From an uncultured delta proteobacterium (GTDB taxonomy: Bacteria > Myxococcota_A > UBA9160 > UBA4427), in NCBI GenBank assembly GCA_963822965.1, contig CAWGJT010000009.1, positions 64,001 through 128,000 on the forward strand: 64,000 bases of DNA, read 5' to 3'. Under the pieces are notes generated by a model. The model searched no databases. It had not been told where the DNA came from and saw nothing but the letters and a program-made list of their open reading frames with translations. Positions within the stretch are counted from its first letter, which is position 1. Each line of letters starts with the position of its first letter. Below are positions 9,016 through 19,999 of this stretch, piece after piece. The position numbers were made by a program, and so were the translations under genes.

Positions 9016-11192
9016 GGGACGGCTCCGCGAGCGATCGACTGCTGCGGGCGACGGATCTCGTCTGCGACGGGACGGTGGGGGCGTTCGCGATCTGGACCGT
9101 GTGCTGCCACGCCGCCGTCTTCACCGGACAGGGGCTCGACACGCTGATTGCGATCGCGTCGCTCGCCCTGGGCGCCGCGGCTCTCGGGGGCGTCCTGCTC
9201 GCCCGGGCGATCGGCCGCCGCGGGAGGCCCGGGACGCCGGCGTCCTCCTCCGATCCGGCTGCGCCGCCCGTCCCCTCCTCCACGCCGGCGCCAGGCCTCC
9301 GACTCGCGGTGGCGGCGGTGGCCGCCGGCTGCGCGGCGGCCGCCGCGGCGGGAGCGCCGCTCGTGGCGGTGTGGAGCGTGGCCCTCACCCTGCTGCTGGG
9401 CCTCGGCCTGCGCGAGCTGGCAACCGCGAGCGCGCCGCAGACCGCGGCCCACGCGACCCCGGGCGCTCTGGCGTGGCTGGTCGCGCTCGCGCTCCTGTCC
9501 GTCGTCGCGACCCTGTGCGCGCACCGTCCGGACGCCGACGACGGCTTCTACCTCGACCTCGCGGTGGCGGCGGCCGACGCGCCGCGAGCGGCGCTGCTCG
9601 CGGGTGACACCCTCCACCGGGTGGCCGGCGTTCCCCTGGCGCTGCCCGTCTACCGCGTGCACTCCCTCGAGCTGCTGCAGGCGGCGATCGCGCGCATCGG
9701 CGGCCTCCCGGTGCTCGACGTCGCGCACCTGGCGCTTCCGGCGTTCGCCGCGCTGCTCCTGCCCTTCGCGTACGCGCGGCTCCTCCGCAGCCTGACGCCG
9801 CGAGCGTGGCCCTGGGCGCTGGGCGTCGCAACGGGCTTCCTCCTCTTCTCGGCGACGGCGAGCCACGGCTGGGCGAACTTCGGGATCGTTCGGCTGCACC
9901 AGGGCAAGGCGATCCTGCTGTCCCTGGCGCTCCCCCTCACCGTCGCCTACGCGATCGAGTTCGCGCGGGCGGGCGGAGGGGTGCGCTTCGTGAAGCTCGC
10001 GGCCGTGCAGATCGGCGCCGTCGGCCTGAGCGCCTCCGGGCTCTGGCTCGCTCCCGCGGTGGCCGCCCCCGCGCTCCTCGCCGGGCTGCCCGACCGCCCG
10101 AACGGCGCGGCACTTCGGCGCCTGGGCCTGGGCCTCCTCGCTTCCGCGTACGTGCTCGGACTGGCGCTGGCGCTGCGGGGCGCGACCGCCGCGGCCTTCC
10201 GCGACGCGGCGGTTCCGAGCCCGGAGCTCGAGAGCGGCAGCGTGCAGCTGGCCACCCAGGCCCTGCGGGCCGTGCTCGGTCCGGGGCTGCCGGGATTCCT
10301 CGCGCTCTTCGTCGCGCTCGGGGCCTGGAGCTTTGCGAGCAACGCCCTCGCCCGCCGGCTGTGCGCGTTCTCGAGCCTCGCCACCCTGATCCTGTGGAAT
10401 CCCCTTGCGGCGCAGTCGCTCGCCGCCTGGCTCACGAGCGCGCCCACCTACTGGCGGGTGCTGTGGCTGCTCCCGCTGCCGGCGCTCTTCGCGCTGGTCC
10501 TGACGGCGCCGCTCGAAGCGACGGGCGGTCCCCTCTCCCGCCCCGTGCGCGCCGCCGCGGTCGTCGCCGCGGCGGCGCTCGTGTTCGGCGCTGGCTTCTG
10601 GCAGGCGCCGCGCGCGCTCACGCTTTCGGCCGCCAACCACGTGCGTCTGGGGGCGCCGGGATGGAAGATCCCCCGGGCCGAGCTGGCCGCCGTCCGCAGC
10701 ATCACGACCGGCGCGAGCGAGAACGACGTCGTCCTCGCCCCGCGGCGCGTGGCACCCTGGATTCCCGCCTTCCACCGCCATCCGACGCCCCTGGTCGTGC
10801 GCATCGAGTATCTGCCGGTGCTCTACGAGAAGCTCGGCCCCGACGAGCTCGCCCGCCGCGTCCAGCTCCTGCGGCTCGTCTCGGGCGAGCGCCGGGTGCC
10901 CCTGGCGGACGATCTGCTGCGCAACGCCATCTCTCAGGACGGGATCTCCATCGTCTGCCTGGCAGCGGCGGCGCGGCGGTGGCCCGACGTGACCGCCGTG
11001 CTGGTGGACTCCGGGTTCCAGAAGATCCACGCGGACGCCGATTACGAGGTCTGGAGACGAGCGCGAGACCGGGAGACGGTCCGGGAGGCGACCGCGCCTT
11101 CGAGCCGCCCCCCCGACCCGGGGACCCGGGCCGGGAGCGCCGAGCAGGGCCCGACACGGGGTCGCCAGGAAGGGGGAGGGAGAGGCCTGTGA
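9012..11192 (+). CDS. Multi-TM membrane protein, putative GT-C glycosyltransferase (DUF6077-like)
   Basis: GTG overlaps the upstream TGA. Many hydrophobic helices, periplasmic RPDADDGFY acidic motif, RLHQGKA, TYWRVLWLLP. Confidence 0.65.
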   Translation: MRDGSASDRLLRATDLVCDGTVGAFAIWTVCCHAAVFTGQGLDTLIAIASLALGAAALGGVLLARAIGRRGRPGTPASSSDPAAPPVPSSTPAPGLRLAVAAVAAGCAAAAAAGAPLVAVWSVALTLLLGLGLRELATASAPQTAAHATPGALAWLVALALLSVVATLCAHRPDADDGFYLDLAVAAADAPRAALLAGDTLHRVAGVPLALPVYRVHSLELLQAAIARIGGLPVLDVAHLALPAFAALLLPFAYARLLRSLTPRAWPWALGVATGFLLFSATASHGWANFGIVRLHQGKAILLSLALPLTVAYAIEFARAGGGVRFVKLAAVQIGAVGLSASGLWLAPAVAAPALLAGLPDRPNGAALRRLGLGLLASAYVLGLALALRGATAAAFRDAAVPSPELESGSVQLATQALRAVLGPGLPGFLALFVALGAWSFASNALARRLCAFSSLATLILWNPLAAQSLAAWLTSAPTYWRVLWLLPLPALFALVLTAPLEATGGPLSRPVRAAAVVAAAALVFGAGFWQAPRALTLSAANHVRLGAPGWKIPRAELAAVRSITTGASENDVVLAPRRVAPWIPAFHRHPTPLVVRIEYLPVLYEKLGPDELARRVQLLRLVSGERRVPLADDLLRNAISQDGISIVCLAAAARRWPDVTAVLVDSGFQKIHADADYEVWRRARDRETVREATAPSSRPPDPGTRAGSAEQGPTRGRQEGGGRGL

Positions 11193-11214
11193 TAGCCTGC
11201 CGAGCGCATCCAAG

Positions 11215-12180
11215 ATGATCGCCGTCGTCATCCCCTGCTATCGCGTCAAGGATCAGATCCTCGACGTCCTCTCCGGAATCGGTCCGGAGTGCTCCGCGAT
11301 CTACGTCGTCGACGACGGCTGCCCGGAGGGCACCGCGGACCACGTCGAGGCGGAGTGCCGCGACCCGCGCGTGCGCGTGCTGCGCCACGGCACCAACCAG
11401 GGCGTCGGCGCGGCCACCCTCACCGGCTATCGCGCCGCCTTCGAGGCCGGGGCGGACGTGATCGTGAAGCTCGACGGGGACGGACAGATGGATCCCACCT
11501 GGATCCCCCGTCTCGTGCGGCCCATCCAGGACGGCGAGGCGGACTACGTCAAGGGCAACCGCTTCTTCGAGCTGGACGGTCTCGATTCGATGCCGCGCAT
11601 CCGCGTCCTGGGCAACTCGATCCTCTCCTTCGCGAGCAAGCTCTCGAGCGGCTACTGGAACGTCTTCGATCCCACCAACGGATTCACCGCGATCCACGCC
11701 GCCGTCGCGCGCCGCCTTCCCTTCGCGAAGCTGGCGACCCGCTACTTCTTCGAGTCCGACCTGCTCTTCCGGCTCGGCATCCTGCGCGCGGTGGTGTGCG
11801 AGGTCCCCATGCCCGCCGTCTATCGCGACGAGCCGAGCAGCCTGGTGATCCGGCACGTGCTGGGCGAGTTCGCCTGGAAGCATCTCGCAAACACCGCCAA
11901 GCGCATCTTCTACTGCTACTACCTGCGCAACTTCAACATCGCCTCCATCGAGATCGTGGCCGGGGTGGCCTTCCTCACGTTCGGCGTCTGGTTCGGCCTC
12001 TCGGAGTGGATCGCGGGGACCCGTGCGAACGTTCCCGCGACGAGCGGCACGGTGATGGTGGCCGCACTGCCGGTGATCGTGGGCGTGCAGCTGATCCTCG
12101 CCTTCCTGAGCTACGACCTCCAGAACGTTCCGCGCGAGACCTTGCACCGGCGTCTGGAGCCCGCGCCGTCGAAGTCGTGA
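11215..12180 (+). CDS. GT2 glycosyltransferase with two C-terminal TM helices (polyprenol-phosphate glycosyltransferase-like)
   Basis: IAVVIPCY, VVDDGCP, KLDGDGQMD, DYVKGNRF, DPTNGF, FFESD. Confidence 0.9.
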   Translation: MIAVVIPCYRVKDQILDVLSGIGPECSAIYVVDDGCPEGTADHVEAECRDPRVRVLRHGTNQGVGAATLTGYRAAFEAGADVIVKLDGDGQMDPTWIPRLVRPIQDGEADYVKGNRFFELDGLDSMPRIRVLGNSILSFASKLSSGYWNVFDPTNGFTAIHAAVARRLPFAKLATRYFFESDLLFRLGILRAVVCEVPMPAVYRDEPSSLVIRHVLGEFAWKHLANTAKRIFYCYYLRNFNIASIEIVAGVAFLTFGVWFGLSEWIAGTRANVPATSGTVMVAALPVIVGVQLILAFLSYDLQNVPRETLHRRLEPAPSKS

Positions 12181-12190
12181 GGAGCGTGCG

Positions 12191-13201
12191 GTGAAGGTCC
12201 GACGCCTGGTCTCGATCGCCCTGCGCCTCGGGGTTGCGGCCGCGAGCCTCGCACTGGCCTTCCGGATGGCGCTCGCGGGAAGCGAGCAGGGCATCTTCGC
12301 GGCGCTGGTCGGCGCCTTTCGGGTGCCTCCCGCGCAGGCCGTGCGGTGGTTCGCCGGGGCGTTCTCGATCCTGGGGGTGAGCCTGGGAATCGGCGCCGTG
12401 CGCTTCCGCGTGCTGCTGCGCGGCGCGGGCCTCGACATCGGGCTCGCGATCCTGTTTCGCGCCTACCTGGTGGCGACCTTCTTCAACCTCGTGCTTCCCG
12501 GCGCGATCCTGGGAGACGTCTACCGCTTCTTCGACGCCAGGCGAAGCACGGGAGAGGGTGCGCGCGTGCTCGGCGTCGTCGTGATGGAGCGCCTGCTGAG
12601 CCTGGCCGCGCTCGGGAGCATCGCGCTGGCGGTGGCGCCGACGATCTCCGGGATCCACGAGGACCGCCGGCTCCTGGGGTGGCTCGTCGCCGCGGGGGGC
12701 GGCTTCGTGGCGGCCGCGCTCGCCGCGCTGACGCCCCTGGTGAACCGCTGGCTGGTGCGGGTTGCCCGCCGCCTCGGCGGTGTCTCGCCGCGGGTCGCCC
12801 TGGCCGGCGAACGCTCCCTCGACGCCGTCGCCGGTCTCGCCGCTCGCCGTGCGGTCGTGGCCCGGGCCTTCGCCCTGAGCCTCGTCAACCAGGGTCTTCC
12901 CGTGCTGGCGGTGGCGGTGCTCGCCGTCCCCCTCGACGCGCTGGTGCCGTGGTACTGGTTCGCGGTGATCGTTCCCTTCGTGACGCTGGTATCGCTGCTG
13001 CCCGTCAGCATCGGCGGGACCGGGGTGCGCGAGCTCCTCTACGTCTCGCTCTTCGGCGCCGTGGGGATGCGCGCGGAGGCGGCTCTCGCCCTCTCGCTCT
13101 CGGTGATGGCGGCCGCCGTCCTGTGGGGCGCCGTCGGACTCGTCGTATTCGCGACCGGGCGCCGCGACCCGGCGCTCCAGACGAGCGTCGCCGAGGTCTG
13201 A
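12191..13201 (+). CDS. Lysylphosphatidylglycerol synthase TM/flippase-like domain protein (UPF0104)
   Basis: FFNLVLPGAILGDVYR, VVMERL, LPVSIGGTGVRE; about 8 TM segments. Confidence 0.85.
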   Translation: MKVRRLVSIALRLGVAAASLALAFRMALAGSEQGIFAALVGAFRVPPAQAVRWFAGAFSILGVSLGIGAVRFRVLLRGAGLDIGLAILFRAYLVATFFNLVLPGAILGDVYRFFDARRSTGEGARVLGVVVMERLLSLAALGSIALAVAPTISGIHEDRRLLGWLVAAGGGFVAAALAALTPLVNRWLVRVARRLGGVSPRVALAGERSLDAVAGLAARRAVVARAFALSLVNQGLPVLAVAVLAVPLDALVPWYWFAVIVPFVTLVSLLPVSIGGTGVRELLYVSLFGAVGMRAEAALALSLSVMAAAVLWGAVGLVVFATGRRDPALQTSVAEV

Positions 13202-13204
13202 CCC

Positions 13205-14110
13205 GTGCAGGAGATCGGCATCGCCATCCCCTTCTACCGCAACCTCGACTACCTGCGGAGCGCCGTCGAGAGCGTCGTGGCCCAGTCGTCCCCTGCGTGG
13301 CGGCTCACGGTCGTCGACGATTCCGGGCGCGGAGAGCGGGAGGAGAGCGTGCGCGAGCTCGTCGACTCGTTCCGGGACGGTCGCATCGCGTACCAGCGCA
13401 ACCCCGAGACCCTGGGAATGGTCTCCAACTGGAATCGCTGCATCGATCGCGTGCAGAGCCCGCTCGTCAGCCTGCTGCACGGCGACGACCGGCTGCTCCC
13501 GAGCTACGTAGCGGAGATGGGGCGCTGCGCCGAGGCCCATCCCGACGCGGTGGCCCTCTACTGCGGCGCGGAGATCATCGACGCGTCCGGCCGCGGCGTC
13601 TTCTCTCTACCCGATCGCATCAAGGGCTGGCTCGAGCCGAGCGGCGGCGACGGCAGCAGCGTCCTGCGCGGACAGCCGGGAGCCACGGCGCTGATGCGTG
13701 GCAACTTCATCATGTGCCCCACCCTGTGCTTCCGGCGCGCCGTGCTCGGCCAACGCCGCTTCGACCACGGCTGGGAGCAGGTGCAGGACCTCGAGCTGAC
13801 GATCCGCCTGCTGATGGAAGGCGAGACCATCGCCGGGTCGCCGGCGGTCGCGTACGCGTATCGGCGCCACGAGGAGAGCGCCACGTCGGTGCATTCCGAG
13901 AGTCGACTTCGCTTCGACGAGGAGATCCGCCTCTTCGACCTGATCGCCGACCGCGCCGAGGCGTTGGGCTGGTCCGAGACGGCGCGCGTAGCGCGGGGCA
14001 AGCGCATCGTGAAGCTCCACCTGCTGTACCGCGCGCTGCGGGCGCTCGCGCGGGGTCGCCTGGGCGGCGCCGCGAGTACCCTGCGCTACCTGGTGTCCCA
14101 TTGGTCGTAG
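13205..14110 (+). CDS. GT2 glycosyltransferase
   Basis: IAIPFY, VVDDS, GMVSNWNRC, LLHGDD, YRRHEES. Confidence 0.88.
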   Translation: MQEIGIAIPFYRNLDYLRSAVESVVAQSSPAWRLTVVDDSGRGEREESVRELVDSFRDGRIAYQRNPETLGMVSNWNRCIDRVQSPLVSLLHGDDRLLPSYVAEMGRCAEAHPDAVALYCGAEIIDASGRGVFSLPDRIKGWLEPSGGDGSSVLRGQPGATALMRGNFIMCPTLCFRRAVLGQRRFDHGWEQVQDLELTIRLLMEGETIAGSPAVAYAYRRHEESATSVHSESRLRFDEEIRLFDLIADRAEALGWSETARVARGKRIVKLHLLYRALRALARGRLGGAASTLRYLVSHWS

Positions 14111-14892
14111 ACGGCGGCGAGCGCCCCGGCGCTCTCCTCGCAACCGGGCTGCGAGCCTTGCGCGCGGCCGGGCGCCAGCTCGAGTGGCGCGCCCTGCGGC
14201 TCGGGCGCGGACGCTGTCCGCTCTGCGACGGGCGCTTCTTCGTCCGCTTCTCGCGGGATCTCCTGGGAACCCGGTGCCTCGCCTGTGGCGCGTCTCCCAT
14301 CTCCACCGCCATCGGCTCGGTGGTGGGTCGCCGGGTCCCCGACCTCGCCCAGGCCCGGGTCCTGGAGCTCTCGTCCCGCGGTCCCTTCCACGCCTTCCTC
14401 CGGCGCACCCTGGCGGGTGGTCGCGGCGCGCTCACGGACTGCGAGTACTTCGACGATCTCGAGCCGGGAGGCTGGCGCGACGGCGTCCAGTGCCAGGACG
14501 TGCAGCGCCTCACCTACGCCGACGCCTCGTTCGACCTGTGCACGAGCACCGAGGTCTTCGAGCACGTCCCGGACGACGCCCGGGGCTTCGGCGAGCTCTT
14601 CCGGGTGCTGGCGCCCGGGGGCTTGCTGGTCTTCACGGTGCCCCTCTCGTCCCGGGAGGAGACCGTCGAGCGCGCTCGTCGGGTGGACGGCGCGCTCGTC
14701 CACCTGCAGGAGCCCAGCTACCACGACGACCTCATCCGCGGCGCCGCACGGGTGCTCGTCTACCGCGACTACGGCCGCGACGTGACCACCCGGGTCGCCC
14801 GAGCGGGATTCGCGGACGCACGCATCGAGAGCGTCCCGGACCCGGCGGGCTTCGGATGCGTCGCCCAGGTGGTGGTGGCGCGCAAGCCCTGA
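14101..14892 (+). CDS. Class I SAM-dependent methyltransferase with N-terminal Cys pairs (start uncertain)
   Basis: CPLC...CLAC, VLELS, QDVQRLTYADASFDL, EVFEHVPDD, RVLAPGG. Confidence 0.8.
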   Translation: MVVDGGERPGALLATGLRALRAAGRQLEWRALRLGRGRCPLCDGRFFVRFSRDLLGTRCLACGASPISTAIGSVVGRRVPDLAQARVLELSSRGPFHAFLRRTLAGGRGALTDCEYFDDLEPGGWRDGVQCQDVQRLTYADASFDLCTSTEVFEHVPDDARGFGELFRVLAPGGLLVFTVPLSSREETVERARRVDGALVHLQEPSYHDDLIRGAARVLVYRDYGRDVTTRVARAGFADARIESVPDPAGFGCVAQVVVARKP

Positions 14893-14899
14893 GCGCTCA

Positions 14900-15058
14900 G
14901 AGCCTGTGAAGGAATCCTCGACCGAGTCAGGCGCTGCGCCGGTGGGTCGGATGCAAGGCGCGACGACGAGGCGTAGCGCGCCTACGGCGAGGAGGAGCAA
15001 CGCCGCAGACGGCCCGCCGCCGCGAGCCTGGCGACCGAGAGGATTCCTTCACAGGCTC
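14900..15058. mobile_element. Non-autonomous MITE-like element (159 bp) with perfect terminal inverted repeats
   Basis: AGAGCCTGTGAAGGAATCCTC (14899-14919) is the exact reverse complement of 15039-15059. TCA flanks both sides (14897-14899, 15059-15061). Internal CGTAG/CTACG hairpin. Lies between convergent genes. Confidence 0.8.
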
Positions 15059-16600
15059 TCAGTCCCGCGGCACCCACAGCGTGCCCGACCGGATGTGCGC
15101 GCCGGAGATGGGAACGAAGAGGTTCACGTCCTCGAAGAGGAAGCCCTGCAGCCGGTAGTGCTGCTCGAGGAAGCCGTCTCCCAGGTAGCGCCGCACGAAG
15201 GCGGTGTTGCTGTCGACGATCGCCGCGAAGCGCCGGTCGGCGACCGCCCGGCGGTAGGACTCGAGGAGCGGCGCGGCACCGGCCAGACCGCTCCTGGCCC
15301 AGTCCGAGACGGGCATCTGGTGGGCGTAGACGCGCTTGCCCGCGCGGCCGGCCAGGTAGCCTTCGACGGGCATCAGCACCTCGCCGTCCAGGGCCGCGAT
15401 CCGCGCCTGCAGGGCGCGGCCGGCGGCCCGGTCGGCGGGACCCGGCACCCAGCCCCGGGGCACCCGGAAGAGCACCGCCAGCTGCAGCGCCAGCGCGAGG
15501 GCGACGACGAGGCCCAGCCGACGGGCGGCGGCCGGGGACGCGAAGCGGGCCTGCAGGCGGGCGATTCCGACGCCGGTCATCACGGCGAGCCAGGCGTAGG
15601 TGGGGATCAGGTTGTTCGCTGCCCCGCCCACCTTGAGACGCGGAATCAGCGAGGCGAGCAGCACGCCGACGAGCGCCACGACGTAGAAGCCGTCCCATGC
15701 GCGAACGGATTCCGGCCTTCCATCGGGCTCCGACCGGAGCAGCAGCAGCCAGGCGACCGTCGCCACACACAGAACCGGCACCGCCAGCAGCAGGTCGTGC
15801 CCGAAGAAGACGCCGAAGCGGCCGGCCTGGATGCTGTGCCTCTGCTGCACGCTCACGATGTGGACGAGGAAGTGCTCGTCGACGATCCCGTTCAGCAGCA
15901 GGGTGGCGGTGCCCACGCCCGCCGCCAGCGGGAGGCCATACCACACGAAGCGCTGCCACTCGGCGAAGCGGCGCAGAGATCGGCCGTGGGCGCGCCAGTC
16001 CGCCCACGCACACCAGAGGGCCACCGGCGCCACTACGACCGCACCGGTCTGCTTCGTCATGACGGCCAGGGTCGCCGCCGCCGCGGCCGTCAGGAGCCCG
16101 GCCCGACCGCGCTGGAAGCGCAGCAGATAGAGCGACGCCAGCAGCGCGAACGCGAACAGCGAATCGAGCCGGGCGACGTCGAAGTAGAGCCCCGACGCCC
16201 GCCACGTGGCGAGGAAGACGCCCGCGGCGATCGCCCCCAGCACGAGACGCCCCGTCTCCCGCTGGACGAAGCGCAGCACCACGAAGGCCACGCCCAGAGA
16301 GGAGACCAGGGAGATCCCGCGCAGCACGGCGAAGCCCGGGCCGGTCACCTGGGAGACCAGCGCCGCCAGGTAGTAGTAGAAGGGCGGATACGGGAACGGC
16401 ACGAAGTCGATGGTCGGATCGACGTAGAGAGGCTGGCCGCGGAGCACCCGCAGCAGGTGCTCGAGGGAGCCGGGCTCCATCCACTCGAGCTCGAAGGGAT
16501 AGACGAGACGCTGGCTGGCCAGGACGAGATAGAGCGCCGCATACCCCGCCGCCGCGACGACGCACAGCCCCAGGATGATGCGTTCGAGACGCTCCGGCAC
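15059..16600 (-). CDS. ArnT/PMT-like GT-C membrane glycosyltransferase
   Basis: First TM followed by YPFELEWMEPG, YPPFYYYL, DVARLDSL, TKQT; about 11 TM segments. Confidence 0.75.
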   Translation of the reverse strand: MPERLERIILGLCVVAAAGYAALYLVLASQRLVYPFELEWMEPGSLEHLLRVLRGQPLYVDPTIDFVPFPYPPFYYYLAALVSQVTGPGFAVLRGISLVSSLGVAFVVLRFVQRETGRLVLGAIAAGVFLATWRASGLYFDVARLDSLFAFALLASLYLLRFQRGRAGLLTAAAAATLAVMTKQTGAVVVAPVALWCAWADWRAHGRSLRRFAEWQRFVWYGLPLAAGVGTATLLLNGIVDEHFLVHIVSVQQRHSIQAGRFGVFFGHDLLLAVPVLCVATVAWLLLLRSEPDGRPESVRAWDGFYVVALVGVLLASLIPRLKVGGAANNLIPTYAWLAVMTGVGIARLQARFASPAAARRLGLVVALALALQLAVLFRVPRGWVPGPADRAAGRALQARIAALDGEVLMPVEGYLAGRAGKRVYAHQMPVSDWARSGLAGAAPLLESYRRAVADRRFAAIVDSNTAFVRRYLGDGFLEQHYRLQGFLFEDVNLFVPISGAHIRSGTLWVPRD

Positions 16601-16690
16601 GGCGGAAGCTTATCGCAGCGATCTCCTGGTTCGGCGTCGTCCCGGCTCCCGCGCGGCGCGCACACGGTCGATCCCCTACGTTCCGCCGCC

Positions 16691-18219
16691 ATGGACGCGG
16701 CCCCTCGCGGATCGCGAAGCGAACGGCGAATCGCCGTGTGGCTCGGCTGCACGGGCTTCCTGCTCTTTCTGCTGCCCCACCACGGACACTTCAAGGGAAG
16801 CGACGAGCTCGCGGTCTACGAGATGGCTCGCTCCCTCTACGAACGCGGCGACCTGGCCGTACCGCCCCTGCGGCACACGGAGGTCGGCGCGGACGGCCGC
16901 CGCTACAGCTACTTCGCCCCCGGGCAGTCGGTGCTGGTGCTGCCGCTCTTCGCCCTGGCCCGACCCCTGCGCTCGCTGCTGCCCGAGGGCGTGGTGCGGG
17001 CCGCCGCCGGTCCGCCGAACCAGCGCGGCGCCTACCGCTTCGGCGGCGAGCTCGAGGCCACCCTCGTCGGGCTCTTCGCCCCCGGCATGGCGGCGCTGCT
17101 GCTGGTGGTCTTCTACGTCTTCGAACGCGACATCGGCGTGCCGGCGCGGATCGCCGTGGGCGTCGCGCTCGCGCTGGCCGTCTCGACCCACCTGCTGGTG
17201 CTCTCCAACTATCTGCTGCGGCACACCACCGAGTCGGTGACGCTGCTGGGAGCGATGCTCTGCTTTCGCCGCTTCGGGCGCGGGGCCTCGCTCGGCGTCC
17301 TCGCGCGGGGGAAGCGCGCTCGCGTCGGCGACCCTGCTCGTGCGGGTGCCGGCCGCCATCGCGGCGCCGGCCCTGGCCGGCTACCTGGCCAGCGTGCTGT
17401 GGCGGCGGGGGGAGCTTCGCGCACGACCGACGAGGCAGGCACGGGTGCTGGCCGCCGTCCTGCTCCCCCTCGCGATCGCCCTGGCGCTGCACGCTCTCAC
17501 GAACGAGGTGCGCTGGGGAACCTGGCTCGCGTCGCCCATGGTCGGCCAGGAGAGCCGCTTCAACCATCCGCTGTGGCGCGGTCTGGCGGGCCTGCTGCTG
17601 AGCCCCGGCTCGAGCGTCTTCGTCTACTCGCCGCTCCTGCTGCTCGCGCCGCTCGGCCTGGCAGCCCTGTGGCGACGGGACCGGGCACTCGTCCTCACCG
17701 CCCTGGCGCTCGCGTGCACCTGGCTCGTCTTCTACGCCCGCTTCGACGGCTGGAGCGGGCTGTGGTCCGCCCCGGGTCCCCGCTACCTCTTCTTCCTGGT
17801 GCCGCTTCTGCTGTTGCCGCTCGGGCTCTGGCTGGCGGCGCCGAACGGCTGGCTCACCCGGCGCGGCCGCCTCGCCACCGTGACCCTGCTGGTCGTCGCC
17901 GGCGTCTTCGTCCAGGTGGTCTCGACGCTGGTGCGCTGGGGCTCGGTGCCGAACCTCGCCGGCTATCCCGTGCTCGCGCCGGACGAGGCGGACTTCCTCT
18001 TCCACGTCTCCCGCAGCCCGGTGGTGGTGATGGCGGGCCTGCTCGCCGAGCGGCGGGCCGATCGATTCCTGGCTGTGGAATCTCTGGCACGGCTGGCCGG
18101 GCTTTCCGGGGCACCCGGGCACGGTGATCGCCCTGCTGCTCGCCTGGGGAGCGGCGCTCACGGGCTGTGCGGTGGGCCTGCGCGCCGCCCTGCGGTCGCG
18201 AAGGAGTCGCCTGAGGTGA
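16691..18219 (+). CDS. Multi-TM putative GT-C glycosyltransferase (frameshifted)
   Basis: GSDELAVYEMARSL after TM1, YSYFAPGQS, LLSPGSSVFVYSPLLLL, GPRYL; indels near 17310 and 18055. Confidence 0.65.
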
Positions 18220-19989
18220 CCGCGTCCGGCGCGGAGCACGGTACGCGCCGGGTGGACCCTGGGCCTGGCGGCCGTCGGCGCCGCCGCCCTGGTGGCCGGC
18301 GGCGCGCTGCTGCAGCCGGGCTTCTACGATTCCCACGACGGACTCCTCAACGTCCACCGTCTGTTCGAGCTCGAGCGGTGCGTGGCCGACGGGCAGCTTC
18401 CCTGCCGCTGGGTGCCCGACATGGGCGCCGGCTACGGCTATCCGCTCTTCGACTTCTACCCGCCCCTGGCCAGCCACGTCGCGCTCGTCCTGCACGCGCT
18501 CGGCCTCTCGCTGCTGGGCGCGGTGAAGGGCGCCTTCCTGCTGGCTCTCGTGGTGGCGGCGATCTCGATGTTCGCGCTGGCACGGGAGTGCTTCGGTAAC
18601 GGCCGGAGGACTGGCGGCGGCGGTCCTCTACGTCTTCGCTCCCTACCAGGCCGTGGACGTCTTCGTGCGCGGTGCCCTGGCGGAGAGCTGGGGGCTGGCG
18701 CTGGTCCCCTTCGTCTTCTGGACCGGTAGACGCACGGTCGTGTCGCCCGGCCGGCGAGGCGCTGCGGTCCTGGCATGCGCGGTGGCGTGGGCCTTGCTGC
18801 TCCTCGCCCACGACGTCACCGCGCTGATGGCGGCACCCTTCTACGCCGGCTGGCTCGTGCTGTGGCTCGTGCGAGCGGGCCGCGAGCGGCCGGGCACCGG
18901 GCGCAGGCTCGGGGCCCTCGTGGTGGCGCACGCCCTGGCGTTGGCCATGGCCGCCTGGTTCGTGCTGCCGTCGCTCCTGGAGCTTCGCTACGTCCATGCC
19001 GACACGCTCGTCTCCCTTATCCCTGGGCGCGCTTCGAGAACAACTTCCTGTCCGCGCGCGAGGTCTTCGCCCTCTGGCCGCGCTGGGGCTACGGGGCCTT
19101 CCGCACCCCGGACGGCATGGCGCTCTTCGTCGGGCCCGTGCAGCTGCTGGTGGGAACGGGCGCGGCGCGTGGCTGGCGTGCGGGTGCTCGCGCGACGCAG
19201 CTCGGCGACGCCGGCGCGGCGGCGCTCTTCCTCGGCGGGGCGGGCTGCTGGCGGCGACAATGACCCTGGCGGGGTCGCGTCCCGTCTGGGAGGCGGTGCC
19301 GCCCCTCGCGTTCCTGCAGTTTCCCTGGCGCTTCCTCGCCGTCGCGAGCTTCGGCCTCTCCTTCGCCGGCGGTTGGATCGGCGGACGGCTGGCGACGCGG
19401 CCCGGGGCCGCCTGGGGCGTGACGGCGGCGGTGTCCTGGTCGCCATCGCCGTCTCGTGGGGCTGGTTCCGGCCGTAGGCCATGCACGTGGTTCGGGACGA
19501 GGTGCTGGCGAACCAGCGCGAGGTAGCGAAGGCCCGCCATGGTCTCTTCGACTTCCTGCCCCGCAGCGTCGATATGCCGAGACCTTCCTGGCGAGCCCGC
19601 CGCCCCTGCAGCCGCCTCCGGTCGAGACCGCGAGCGGCGACGTCTCGTTCGACACGGCGGGTGCGGGCCAGCGATCGCGTCACCTTCGACGCGGACGTGA
19701 AGGGACCGGCGCCGGCCGTGGTCCGCATCAACGTCTACGGTTCCCGGGCTGGACACTCGAGGTGGACGGCGAGCCCGCGGCCTTCGTCTCACACGACGAC
19801 TCGCTGGGCCGCCTCCACGTGGAGCTCCCACCCGGCCGCCATCGGGTGGCGGCGCGCTTCACGAACACGCCGGTCCGCAGCGCGGGCAACGTCGTCTCGC
19901 TCGTCGCCACGATGTTGGCCTGCCTCTGGCTCGGCGTCGTCCTGCGGGCGACGGCGCGAGCCGGGGCTCGAACCCCGCCGGCAGGGTAG
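18216..19989 (+). CDS. PTPS-related/YfhO-like GT-C membrane protein (multiple frameshifts)
   Basis: SHDGLLNVHRL...RWVPDMGAGYGYPLFDFYPPL, VRGALAE, LQFPWRFL, FPGW...VDG, C-terminal TM after NTPVRSAG. Confidence 0.75.
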
Positions 19990-19999
19990 AACTCCCGCC

